A stretch of 24,792 nt of DNA from Octopus sinensis. Its lineage: Eukaryota. The DNA is taken from contig NW_021836457.1 in the NCBI RefSeq assembly GCF_006345805.1, positions 1 through 24,792 on the forward strand, in the 5' to 3' direction. The position numbers were made by a program, and so were the translations under genes. The notes under the pieces are model-generated. The model did not search any database. It was not told where the DNA came from and saw only the letters and a list, made by a program, of their open reading frames with translations. Each line of letters starts with the position of its first letter. Position 1 is the stretch's first letter. Shown piece by piece: positions 10,030 to 21,430 of this stretch.

Positions 10030-10552
10030 GCCCTGATGCAGTACCAGGCAGTGGCTCTCATGGCTTCTGATCTTAACTGATTGGAAGTGTTATCATGTAC
10101 ATTGTTTTGTCTTGGTGTAAAAATGGGCTACAGCAAATATTCTGCTCAATACCACAGATTTGCTTGTCAGTTGTTTGACCTAACCAGTTGAGCATGTCCC
10201 TTAGTGGCTGACGATATGTGCATCTCTGATCACGATCAGAAGTATGGGGGAGCATCATAGCCATGTGTTGAGAAGGATTCTTTGGGGTTTGAATAATTCA
10301 CCTCTGGAAACATGGGTGTTTCGTTCACGTCCTTTTGAGCGGGATGGGTTACTCGATCTGAAGAAAATTCTAACTGGGCTCCACCTGCAAGGTCTGTGCT
10401 GTTTTCTCTTGATATGAGATCACCATGTCGCGCACATATGGTTGTGATGCATGTGCCTGGTGTACCCTTATCAGACGGGTAGTCATGACGGGTATACTGG
10501 GCTTCGTATATTTTACTCCGTGTCACTTTGATGGCATGCACTGCTCTCACTC
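10028..10552 (+). mobile_element. Element D copy 2 (longest), bounded by (AAT)n
   Basis: Same 3' end as D1 and D3; no tRNA-like A/B box and no recognisable protein motif. Confidence 0.85.
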
Positions 10553-10562
10553 AATAATAATA

Positions 10563-10630
<68 letters not shown>

Positions 10631-10633
<3 letters not shown>

Positions 10634-10735
10634 TGCCTGGTGTACCCTTATCAGACGGGTAGTCATGATGGGTATACTGGGCTTCGTATATTTTACCCCA
10701 GTGTCACTTTGATGGCATGCTCTGCTCGCTCACTC
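10631..10735 (+). mobile_element. Element D copy 3 (last about 100 bp), bounded by (AAT)n
   Basis: Matches 10451-10552; ends cactc|aataat; AAT continues to about 10835. Confidence 0.85.
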
Positions 10736-10770
<35 letters not shown>

Positions 10771-10789
10771 TGATAATAATAATGATAAT

Positions 10790-10835
<46 letters not shown>

Positions 10836-10837
10836 TA

Positions 10838-10870
10838 CAGGTTGGCCAAAAGTCCCCGGACAGTAAATCA
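10838..10870 (+). mobile_element. Possible solitary Tc1/mariner-type terminal inverted repeat
   Basis: TA|CAGGTTGGCCAAAAGTC resembles CAGGG/TGGCCAAAAGT-type TIR starts; no partner TIR found in the window. Confidence 0.3.
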
Positions 10871-11261
10871 AAATTCCATAAATACTATCTGTAATTCTGT
10901 ATTGACTTGGAAAAATGTGTCACTGAAGGAAGACTTCATTTTGAACAATTTTCATGATTTTTCATATTTAGATGCTTTTCATTAAATCCATTCAGTTGTT
11001 AAAACATAAATAAATCTTGGAATCAAAAATGGTTTTGATTTACTGATCAGGTGACTTTTGTAAAAAATGAACTAATTTGAACTTTGCTGATAGTCGCACA
11101 CATTCTTCACAGGGAATTTGAAAGAGGATTTCATTAATGGTTTTTTTTTTTAAACTGAAATCATCAGTGATAATATTTATTATGTATCTATCTGTTCAAA
11201 TTTTTCGGATATGGTGGCGTTCTTACATATCATCTACGAGTTGTCGGTCTATTTCTTGATA

Positions 11262-12110
11262 CTTCCTTCCTTCCTTCTTTATTTCCTTAATTCTTTCTTT
11301 TCATCCTTCATTCTTCCTTCTTTCTTACTCCCCTCCCTCATTCCTTCCTTCCTTCCTTCCTTATTTCCTTCCCTCATTCATTCTTTTTTCCTTTCTTTCT
11401 TCCTTTCTTCCTTTCTTCCTTTCTTCCTTCTTTCCTTCTTTCCTTACTTCCTTACTTCCTTCCTTCCTTCCTTCCTTCTTGTCTTTCCTTCCTTCCTTTT
11501 TTCTTTCCTCCTCCCTCCATCATTCGTTCGTTCGTTCGTTCCTCCCTTCCTTCCTTCCTCCCTCCCTCCTTCCCTCCCTCCTCCCTCCCTCCCTCCCTCC
11601 CTCCCTCCCTCCATTCCTTCCTTTCTTCCTTCCTTCCTTCTTCCTTCCTTCTTCCTTCCTTCCTTCCTTCCTTCTTCTCCCTCCCTCCTCCATTCCTTCA
11701 TTCTTCCTTCCTTCCTTCCTTCCTTCCTTCCTTCCTCCTCCCCCTCCCCTCCATTCCTTCCTTCCTTCCTTCCTTCCTTCCTTCCTTCCTCCCTCCCCCC
11801 TCCTCCCTCCCTCCCTCCCTCCCTCCCTTCCTTCCTTCCTCTTCCTCCTCCCTCCTTCCTTCCTTCCTCCTTCCTCCTCCCTCCCTCCCTCCCTCCTTCC
11901 TTCCTTCCTCTTTCCCTTCCTTCCTTCCTCTTTCTTCCTTCCTTCCTTCCTTCCTTCCTTCCTTCCTTCCCTCCTCACTCCCTCCCTCCATTCCTTCCTT
12001 CCTTCTTTCCTTCCTTCCCTACACCCCTCCCTCCCTCCCTCCCTCCCTCCCTTCCTTCCTCATTTCCTTGTCTTCTTCTTTCTTTCTCTTTTCTCTTTTT
12101 CTCTCTCCCT
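11262..12110. repeat. (CCTT)n/(CCCT)n polypyrimidine tract
   Basis: About 850 bp almost purely C/T on the plus strand; source of the LPSF and GRKE ORFs. Confidence 0.97.
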
Positions 12111-12368
12111 AAGATTTCCAGTGTTCCTGGTACAAAAAAACCCACTTCGCCTCGGGACTCACTTATTTTCCTCTGTTATCATAGTTTTGTTTTTCTTTTT
12201 GCACTCCTCTCACTCTTATTCCTTTGGTACCTTCAGACAACATCACACTCACATAAGATATACTTTAGGGATGGAGATGGCGGCGCAATGGTGCTTGGGG
12301 GTGGGGGTCAACGTTAACAGTTTCAGAATTTATAAATTAATATATATATTAAAATAAATATATTAAAA

Positions 12369-12833
12369 GCACGCACGCACGCACACACACACACACACAC
12401 ATACACACACGCCTGCACGCACGCACATACACACGTAAATACACACACAGACGCACACATACACACACTCATGCACGCACACATACACACGCACGCACGC
12501 ACACACACATACACGCATACGCACACACACAGACACACACACATACACACTCACGTGCACACACATACACACACACACGCACACATACACACACGCCTGC
12601 ACGCACGCACATACACACGTACATACACACACACGCACGCGAACATACACACACTCGCGCACGCACACATACACACGCACGCACGCACACACACATACAC
12701 GCATACGCACACACACATACACGCATACACACACACAGACACACAGACATACATGCTCACGCACGCACACATACATACACAAACGTACGCACACACATAC
12801 ACACACGCGCACTCACACACACACACACACACA
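12369..12833. repeat. Compound (CA)/(CACG)/(CATA) microsatellite with a higher-order unit of about 184 bp
   Basis: gcctgcacgcacgcacatacacacgta recurs at 12411 and 12595. Confidence 0.93.
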
Positions 12834-13197
12834 TTGGTCTGATTAAATTGTCAGTGAAGTAATAAAAAAATAATGTTTATCGCCACTTCAACATGGATGT
12901 CCCGCTACTGCCGTTTTTAACCCCAGGGGGACGCATCCTCCAGTTGGTCATCGATGCAATCTGCACCCAATATATATCGCAAGCAAGGGAACTAACCATT
13001 ACCATCTTCGACGGAGTAAAATTTTTTCGGTTTTCTTTGGGTGAGACTTTGCACGGTCATATGAAGAGCACAGAGAACGGTTTCACAATTTCAGATTGTT
13101 GCGTATTGGTGTCAGTTTAGCTAGAATTGATCGAGGAATTGCAAGTCGCAATGAGCAAAGAGAGAGAGAGAGAAAAAAAATTGGAATCGTTGATATA

Positions 13198-13388
13198 GGC
13201 GTAGGAGTGGCTGTGTGGTAAGTAGTTTGCTTACCAACCACATGGTTCCGGGTTCAGTCCCACTGCGTGGCACCTTTGGCAAGTGTCTTCTACTATAGCC
13301 TCAGGCCGACCAAAGCCTTGTGAGTGGATTTGGTAGACAGAAACTGAAAGAAGCCCGTCGTATATATGCACATATATATATATATATG

Positions 13389-13471
<83 letters not shown>

Positions 13472-13680
13472 TGCATGTGTGTATGTGTTTTTCCAGCCAA
13501 CATCGCTTGACAACCGATGCTAGTCTGTTTACGTCCACATAACTTAGCGGTTCGGCTAAAGAGACCGATAGAATAAGTACTAGACTTACAAAGAATAAGT
13601 CCGGAGGTCGATTTGCTCGACTAAAGGCAGTGCTCCAGCATGGCCGCAGTCAAATGAAACAAGCAAAAGAGTAAAAGAGT
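13198..13680 (+). mobile_element. SINE A, tandem unit 1
   Basis: A-box-like TGGCTGTGTGG, B-box-like GGTTCAGTCCC, CORE-like CACCTTTGGCAAGT, central (TA)n, (AAAAGAGT) tail. Confidence 0.93.
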
Positions 13681-13685
13681 AACCA

Positions 13686-13874
13686 GGCGCAGGTGTGGCT
13701 GTGTGGTAAGAACTTTGCTTCCCAACTACATGGTTTCGGGTTCAGTCCCACTTCGTGGCACCTTGGGAAAATGTCTTCTATTATAGCCCCGGCCGACCAA
13801 AGCCTTGTGAGTGGATTGGTAGACAGAAACTGAAAGAAGCCCGTCGTATATATGCACATATATATATATATATG

Positions 13875-13948
<74 letters not shown>

Positions 13949-14168
13949 ATATATATGCATGCATGTGTGTATGTGTTTTTCCAGCCAACATCGCTTGACA
14001 ACCGATGCTAGTCTGTTTACGTCCACATAACTTAGCGGTTCGGCTAAAGAGACCGATAGAATAAGTACTAGACTTACAAAGAATAAGTCCGGAGGTCGAT
14101 TTGCTCGACTAAAGGCAGTGCTCCAGCATGGCCGCAGTCAAATGAAACAAGCAAAAGAGTAAAAGAGT
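13686..14168 (+). mobile_element. SINE A, tandem unit 2 (recombinant of units 3 and 1)
   Basis: Head diagnostic bases as unit 3; body and tail as unit 1. Confidence 0.93.
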
Positions 14169-14173
14169 AACCA

Positions 14174-14670
14174 GGCGCAGGTGTGGCTGTGTGGTAAGAA
14201 CTTTGCTTCCCAACTACATGGTTTCGGGTTCAGTCCCACTTCGTGGCACCTTGGGAAAATGTCTTCTATTATAGCCCCGGGCCGACCAAAGCCTTGTGAG
14301 TGGATTTGGTAGACGGAAACTGAAAGAAGCCCGTACACACACACACACACACATACACACACACATATATATATATACATATATATATGTATGTGTATAT
14401 GTATGTATATATGTATGTATGTATGTATATATATGTAACTATATTTAGGCGTGTGTTCCTTTGTGTCTGTGTTTGTTCCTCCACCATCGCTTGACAACCG
14501 GTGTTAGTATGTTTGACGTCCTCGTAACTTAACTCGGTTCAGCAAAAGAGACCGATAGAATAAGTACTAGGCTTTCAAAGAATAAATCTTGGGATCGATT
14601 TCTTCGACTAAAGCCCTACAAGGCGTTGCTCCAGCATGGCCGCAGTCAAATGGCTGAGACAAGTAAAAGA
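14174..14670 (+). mobile_element. SINE A, tandem unit 3
   Basis: Complete A structure with CA/TA/TATG centre; gtaaaaga(g/t)taacca on both sides is a possible TSD. Confidence 0.92.
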
Positions 14671-14717
14671 TTAACCAAGTACCTTTTTATTTGAAAGTTA
14701 CTTGATGCCCTTGAATG

Positions 14718-14900
14718 TGGTGCTCCAGCGTAGGCACCACCTTAATGGGTTTAGTCAAACAAATTGACACCAGAACTTGTTTATTTTTAATAATGTCTGG
14801 TACTTATTCTAACGGCTTCTTAGACCGAGCCGCAGAGTTGCGGGGACATAAACTAGCCAACACCGGTTGTTAAGCGGTGGTGGGGAACAAATACAAAGAC
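14718..14900 (-). mobile_element. Diverged SINE A 3' half
   Basis: tctggtacttattcta..ccaacaccggttgttaagcggtggtggggaacaaatac is the reverse complement of the A 3' module. Confidence 0.7.
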
Positions 14901-15689
14901 GCGCGCGCACATATATGTATAACCCCTCCACACGCACAGACATACACAAACACATACACAGACACACAGACAGAGATACAGGCACACATAGAGACCGACA
15001 GACACAGACACACACAGACACACACACAGACACATACAGATACACACACACACGCAGACACACATACACACACAGATACACACACACACAGATACACACG
15101 CGCATACTCACAGATACAAATGCGCACGCACACGCACAGATACACACGCGCACACACACAGACACACACACACATACGCACACATACACACACGCACACA
15201 CACGCACACACGCACGCAACACACACAGACGCAGAACACACACAGATACACACAGACACATACACAGACACACAGACAGAGATACAGACATACATAGAAA
15301 TCCACAGACACAGACACACACAAATACACACATGCAGATACACACAGACACACACAAAAAACAGACAGACACACAGACACACACAACACAGATACACAGA
15401 CACACACACACACGCAGACACACAGATACACACACAGACACACACAAACACACATATACAGATACACACAGACACACACAAAAACAGACAGACACACACA
15501 GACACACTCAACACAGATACACAGACACACACAGATACACACACACACGCTGACACACATACACACACACACATACAATCACGCATACACACAAGCACGC
15601 ACACACACTCACACTCACAAATACATACACGCACGCAGACACACAGATGCACACACACACGCACACTCACAGATACACACACACACACA

Positions 15690-15728
<39 letters not shown>
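14901..15728. repeat. Compound (CA)/(CAGA)/(CAGATA) microsatellite field
   Basis: Direct reading; explains the HT/CV-rich ORFs. Confidence 0.96.
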
Positions 15729-15860
15729 AGAGCGGTTGCTGCATATACATTTACCCATTATGAAACAAACGGAAACATTGTTATTCGCAAAAATAGTTGC
15801 AAATGTTGTATAACAATTCCTGCCATTCCGTTGCTTTATTGTTTTCATTCTCAATTAAAT

Positions 15861-16470
15861 ATGGCAGCTCAAACAAAACGTGAATACTTTGTAGTATTGA
15901 AAATGGCTGGTATAAAAGGACTGCGAGAGGATAAAAACAGTTGAATGTTTGCAGAAAAACTGTTTTTAATCTGTAGAAAAAATATCGAGAGATGGAGTCA
16001 ACCTCAACAAATCCAGTTCCAGAAAGAAACGGTTCAGTTCGTATCAGAAGAGTTATTGAGGATGAAAAGGAATCCACAAAGTTGCGTGAGAAAATGGCGA
16101 AAATGCTGAGTATTTCGAGTAGGTTGTTAAAGACTATTGTGAAAGAGGATTTAAGGGAAAAACCATGCAAGATTCGATGACGGCTGCTATCAAGTGACCC
16201 CCGAGTAAAAACGGCTTGACAGTAGGGTGAGAGTGTTGAAGGCGATACAGTGTGCTGCAGACAAAATATTCGTTTGGTCGGACGGGAATTTTTCATTGAG
16301 GAGGCTGTGGTCAACTATCAAAGGCTCCAGGACACATTCCAGGGGACAGAAACCATCTGGTGTTGTGGTTTAGGCCGCTGTTGCTTCCGATGGCTCGAAA
16401 TCGCCCTTGGTGCACGTTGAAGAAGGAGTGTAAATGAATAGCAGAGTTTGCCAGTAAACGTTAGAGAGAA
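15861..16470 (+). pseudogene. Decayed Tc1/mariner-superfamily transposase, maT (DD37D)-like, 3'-truncated
   Basis: MAAQTKRE..QLNVCRKTVFNL*KKYRE..SVRIRRVI..KMAKMLSIS..IVKEDL..FVWSDG/FIEEAVVN..QKPSGVVV*AAVASDGSKSPLVHVEEGV*MN; only the first catalytic D is present; several stops and frameshifts. Confidence 0.8.
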
Positions 16471-16479
16471 AATATTATA

Positions 16480-16993
<514 letters not shown>

Positions 16994-17160
16994 AAAAAAG
17001 AGTATAGGTTAAGGATAAAGCAAAGAGTGGTCATTTTGAATTGTAAATATATGTAAAATGTTGTTTGTAAATATAACAATCAGTCTGTAAACTTTCATTA
17101 AACAAAACCTAAAACTTTTTATTTTTCCTTTTATGATAAAATGAAAAATGAGTGTATATA

Positions 17161-17323
17161 CGACGAGCTTCCACGCAGTTTCCGTCCACCAAATTCACTC
17201 ACATTGCATCAGTCTGCCCGGAACTATAGTACAAGTCGCCTGCCCGAAGGAGTCCACAGCTACTGAATCCGAAACCACGTGATGGCAAAGTGAGCATCTT
17301 AATCACACAACCATGCCTGCCGC
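17161..17323 (-). mobile_element. Old SINE A-like 5' half
   Basis: Reverse complement begins ggcgcaggcatggttgtgtga..ggtttcggattcagt; continues to tggtggacggaaactgcgtggaagctcgtcg. Confidence 0.7.
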
Positions 17324-17557
17324 CAGCTTAAAAAAAAACCCCAAAGCAAATAAGGTAAAAAACGAAAAGGAAAACATCAGAAAATAAAACAGGCATGGTC
17401 AGTTGTAAAGTGAAGAAACCATAGGTAAACGAACATCTATAATGTTACTCCTTATATGCTAGGTTGATTGAGATTCTCAGGTCAACATATACAAATATGA
17501 GTAATTAAACATGGCGCATGTATACCTGACAATACTGCATGTCTGTTTGACTGTCTG

Positions 17558-17643
<86 letters not shown>
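17558..17643. repeat. (TATC)n microsatellite
   Basis: Direct reading. Confidence 0.97.
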
Positions 17644-18331
17644 GTCACACCTCCTTCCTTCAAACGGGAAGGAAGAGCTATTTTCATCATCCTTGTGGCT
17701 ATAGCGAAAGAATGTATCTGGTGGACGCGTCTGAAAGGATTGGAGACAAACACTTTCTTCTCTGGTTAACCTCTCATCAACTTCTTCAAGTACCACTTGA
17801 AAAGGAAAGTGAGAGTAGAGAGGCAAGTTTTGTCTAGCGAACGTTTTAAAAAAAGATGGGTGAATGTAGCAAGGATGGCACGTATGAATGACGAAGCCAC
17901 CTTGAACATAATCCTATGAACCCAGAAATTGAAAACTGAGGGTTACTCACTTGCAAACAAATGTGGTAAGATATAACAATATTGACCAAGGTTACCGTGG
18001 TCTTTTTCGCAGGCTTTTCTTCCCACGGATAAACCTTACTTGCTTTCCCCTTTACACCATACATCATGACACTGTGATACACGATCCCTATTGATCGTTT
18101 TTTTTCCTCTTCCTCTTTTTTTCCTCTTTTTTCTTCTTTCTTCATTTTTCTTTTCCCTTCTTTCTTTTTTCTTTTCCTTTTTTTTTGTTTTTTTTCCCTT
18201 TTGCGATCCCTTTTGATGGAAAACCTACGCCACCCTTTTTTTAATTCTTTTTTTTTCATCCCCCAAAAGAAAAGCTCTACCTTGTAACTTGTCCCATCTG
18301 TGTGCAGCCCTGTGTGGCCAATAAAGAAACT
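17644..18331 (+). pseudogene. 5'-truncated Tx1/L1-clade non-LTR retrotransposon (ORF2 C-terminus plus 3' UTR) inside (TATC)n
   Basis: One frame 17644-17919 with a single internal stop (17767): ..LVAIAKECIWWTRLKG..G*PLINFFKYHLKRKVRVERQVLSSERFKKRWVNVARM..L*; resembles the IW..R/F..W C-terminus of Tx1-like ORF2; T-rich UTR; AATAAA at 18320; TATC on both sides. Confidence 0.7.
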
Positions 18332-18636
18332 TATCTATCTATCTATCGATAGATAGATAGATTCATAAATAGCTTGTTAAATAGGTAGATAGATAGATGA
18401 ATAGATAGATAGATGTCTGACTCTCTGTCTATGTATGTATGCATGTATGTATGTATGTATGTATGTATGTATGTATGTATGTATGTATGTATGTATGCAT
18501 GTATGTATGTATGCATGCATGCATGTATCTATCTATCTATCTATCTATCTATCTTCTATTTATCTATCTATCTATAGATAAATAGATAAATAGATAGATC
18601 CATAAATAGTTAGCTAGTTAGCTAGATATACGGATG

Positions 18637-18673
<37 letters not shown>

Positions 18674-18740
18674 GTAGGTAGATTAATATATAGATAGATA
18701 GACAGATAGATAGATAAATAGCTAGCTAGCTAGCTAGATT
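18332..18740. repeat. (TATC)/(GATA)/(TATG) mosaic with alternating orientation
   Basis: Direct reading. Confidence 0.93.
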
Positions 18741-18988
18741 GATAGTGATATCTGTGTATATATGTTCTTTATTTATAATTGTTTGAAATCTTTCTGTGAT
18801 GAAGGAGCTGGTTTCTACGAAAAGGTACGAAGTTCCATCTTTGGAATGTAGATAACGAAAATAAATTCACATTTTGAACGTAAGAAAAGTCTTACATATT
18901 TTTACTGTTCTTCTTTCATGTAGGAAGGTGGACCTTATGGAAATACGAAATGACAGCAATGCACACTTGTACTGTTTGTATGCTATAA

Positions 18989-19407
18989 TCTTTATATATA
19001 AAAGTGACGTTGTGTGCTGTCTGTCTCCTACGATTTAGATTCCTAACTACTCCCACATTTTGCGGTGCAGTTTAACCAAAACCGGGTATCTTATAGTCGT
19101 GATTCATATCGAGCCCTTCTGGGTATTAGCGCGCGTCTACGATGAGTCTACGATGAGTCTACGATGAGTCTACGATTAAAAAAAAAATTACCATCAATTT
19201 TTTCCATTTTTAATGCATTTTTGGCATATATAAGAGAAGTAACTCTCTAAAAATTTATTATTAAATCTCAGAAGGTAAAAAGCTACAGTAACCCCCCCAC
19301 CCTTTGTGGTTAGCCATATTGAGATGGCTATTATACTTTACATCTCTAAAAATGTTTATATAGTTATTTCCCTTACAAACCCGAGTAACGCCGGGCGATA
19401 CTGCTAG
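18989..19407 (+). mobile_element. Non-autonomous Helitron, copy 2
   Basis: A|TCTTTATATATAAAAG 5' end; hairpin cccgagtaacgccggg at 19380-19395; CTAG 19404-19407|T. Confidence 0.88.
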
Positions 19408-19526
19408 TTCAATATAAAAGATTTTCTCCTGGATATGAGAGCAGCTTATAACAGTTAACTTCCCGCTAACTAATCCTAAATCAAACACGAGCAGAGTGGT
19501 TCAGAGTTCAGATCTTATGCGTAAGC

Positions 19527-19565
<39 letters not shown>

Positions 19566-20024
19566 AAGATGTAGTTTAGCTCAAGTTTGTGTTAGGACTT
19601 AGTTATAAAATCTGTGGGCATGTTACCTGCAAAAGACTGCTGATGTAACCCGAAAATAGTTCTCTTATCATTACACACATACTCACACATACACGCGCGC
19701 GTGCACACGTACAGACACTGTAACACACACACACACCACACACATGTATTATAAATGTGTACTGAGGTCTCTCCATAAATATTGTAAGAAATAAACACTA
19801 AATATAGTATATTGAAAACTGTGACCTAAAACCCAGAGTTGCAACGGAGCGAAGAATCAGGTCAATATAAATGAATATACTCTCGTATATGCATTGAGAA
19901 CTTTTTATCTGTTTGCATGCTCCAATGATCACAACGAGTAAGCCGAAACTTCGAAGTCACTGTCGACTTTTTCCTAGTAAAAATTAATAAATACAAAGCA
20001 CCGACGTAGAAAACAAAAACAATG

Positions 20025-20765
20025 TCATATTTTAGACTTGAGAAAAGTCTTGCATAGTTTTACAGTTCCTCTTACAGATTGTATTTGTAATGTGCAATTT
20101 ATCTGATTGGTTTCTCTTACTGAAAATCCCAGCTTACCAGATTGTCGCTTAGGCATTTGCTCACAAAAGCAAGTCCATAGATTGTTATTGGTACAAATAT
20201 GAATTTGTAATTTGGATATAGGAGCTGGAGAGTTCGAAGCATTTGTCCATAGTTATCTTTTCTCTCTTTCACTTTCAAAGAGATATTCACGTCAGCAGGA
20301 CAGCTGACCTCTACGACGGAACATACTTATTCATGTCTGTCTCAAACAACAATATGCGGCCTGTTATGTTTCCGCTTGACAGACATTTTGAAGAGAATGT
20401 CCCGCCAATATTCCTTGCGTTGATGGTTTTGTATGCATTCAATACCAAGGGGATTCTCTATATTCATTCTAGAACAGTCTTCTTTTCCGAATGGCGTTAT
20501 ATAGTGTTCTTGCGACAATGTCGTATCGCATAGGGAGTGAGTACCTTGATGAAGTTTCCAGGCAGCTGATAAATCATACGTGATATCTTCCACAGAAATG
20601 ACAATCTACATTTTCGGTTGCATCTTGAAGCCCCAAGGGCTTTCCTGCCTCTTTTGTTTACTAGGTATTCCGTAGCAATCTTCTGTTTTTGGATTGCAAA
20701 TGCATAGCCTACGAAGTGTGATGTAATGTAGCTGTCATGAGTCTCAGAAAGGGGGCGCTTCATGC
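20025..20765 (-). pseudogene. Decayed C-terminus of an RLE non-LTR retrotransposon (clade unresolved; R4/Dong-Hero/NeSL-like group)
   Basis: Minus strand, stitched: YITSHFVGYAFAIQKQKIATEYL..KCRL/VEDI..SSRYSLPMRYDIVARTLYNAIRK/EYWRD..KHNRPHIVV*DR..VVEVSCPADVNI..KDNYGQMLRTLQLLYPNYKFIFVPI..KLGFS..LQIQSVRGTVKLCKTFLKSKI* (TGA at 20025-20027). Confidence 0.8.
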
Positions 20766-20774
20766 CTTCTACAA

Positions 20775-20980
20775 GGCAGCGAACAAACAGAAATCGTTAG
20801 CGCGCTGGGAAAAATACTTAGCGGCATTTAGTCTGTTCTGAGTTCAAATTCCACCGAGATTGACTTTACCTTTTATCCTTTTGGTGTTGATAAAATGAGT
20901 ACCACTTGATCACTGGGGTCGATGTCATCGACTTATTCCCTCGCCTCTAACTTACTGGTCTTGTGCCAAAATTTGAAACC
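20775..20980 (+). mobile_element. SINE B, tail type 3
   Basis: GAGTTCAAATTCC B-box, core, tail ctggtcttgtgccaaaatttgaaacc. Confidence 0.82.
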
Positions 20981-21100
20981 GATATTACTGTCATCTTCAA
21001 GGCCTCGGGAAACAGACACATGCTTAGTTATTTTTGCTACGCTGAGCGTTTCACATCCAATTTTTCTTTGAGGTATGTTAGTCCGGCTGTTTTGGGGGTT

Positions 21101-21175
21101 GTATGTATGTATGTATGTATGTAAGTATGTATGTATGTATGTATGTATTTATGCATGTATGTATCTGTATGTATG

Positions 21176-21209
<34 letters not shown>

Positions 21210-21351
21210 TGTATGTATGTATGTATGTATGTATGTATGAATGTATGTATGTATGTATGTATGTATGTATGTATGTATGTATGTATGTATCTGTATGTAT
21301 GTATATATGTATCTATATGTATGTGTGTGTCTGTCAGTCTCTCTCCCATTC

Positions 21352-21426
<75 letters not shown>

Positions 21427-21430
21427 ATCT
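21101..21430. repeat. (TATG)n followed by (TATC)n
   Basis: Direct reading. Confidence 0.96.

Noticed and set aside
10440-10510. Minus-strand CTGATAA..GAA hammerhead-like motif in element D
   Set aside because: G8 is missing and helix III cannot pair
9613-10836. Regularly interspaced repeats suggesting a CRISPR array
   Set aside because: The repeats are trinucleotide microsatellites, the intervening segments are homologous to each other, the context is eukaryotic and there are no cas genes
11211-12357. Long ORFs of 368 and 292 aa
   Set aside because: Translations of (CCTT)n; stop-free only because the strand lacks purines
12893-13120. 75-aa ORF in unique sequence
   Set aside because: No motif recognised in any frame on either strand
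14809-15944. ORFs of 228-355 aa rich in HT or CV
   Set aside because: CA/TG microsatellite artefacts; only the last 28 codons of 14877-15944 belong to the transposase relic
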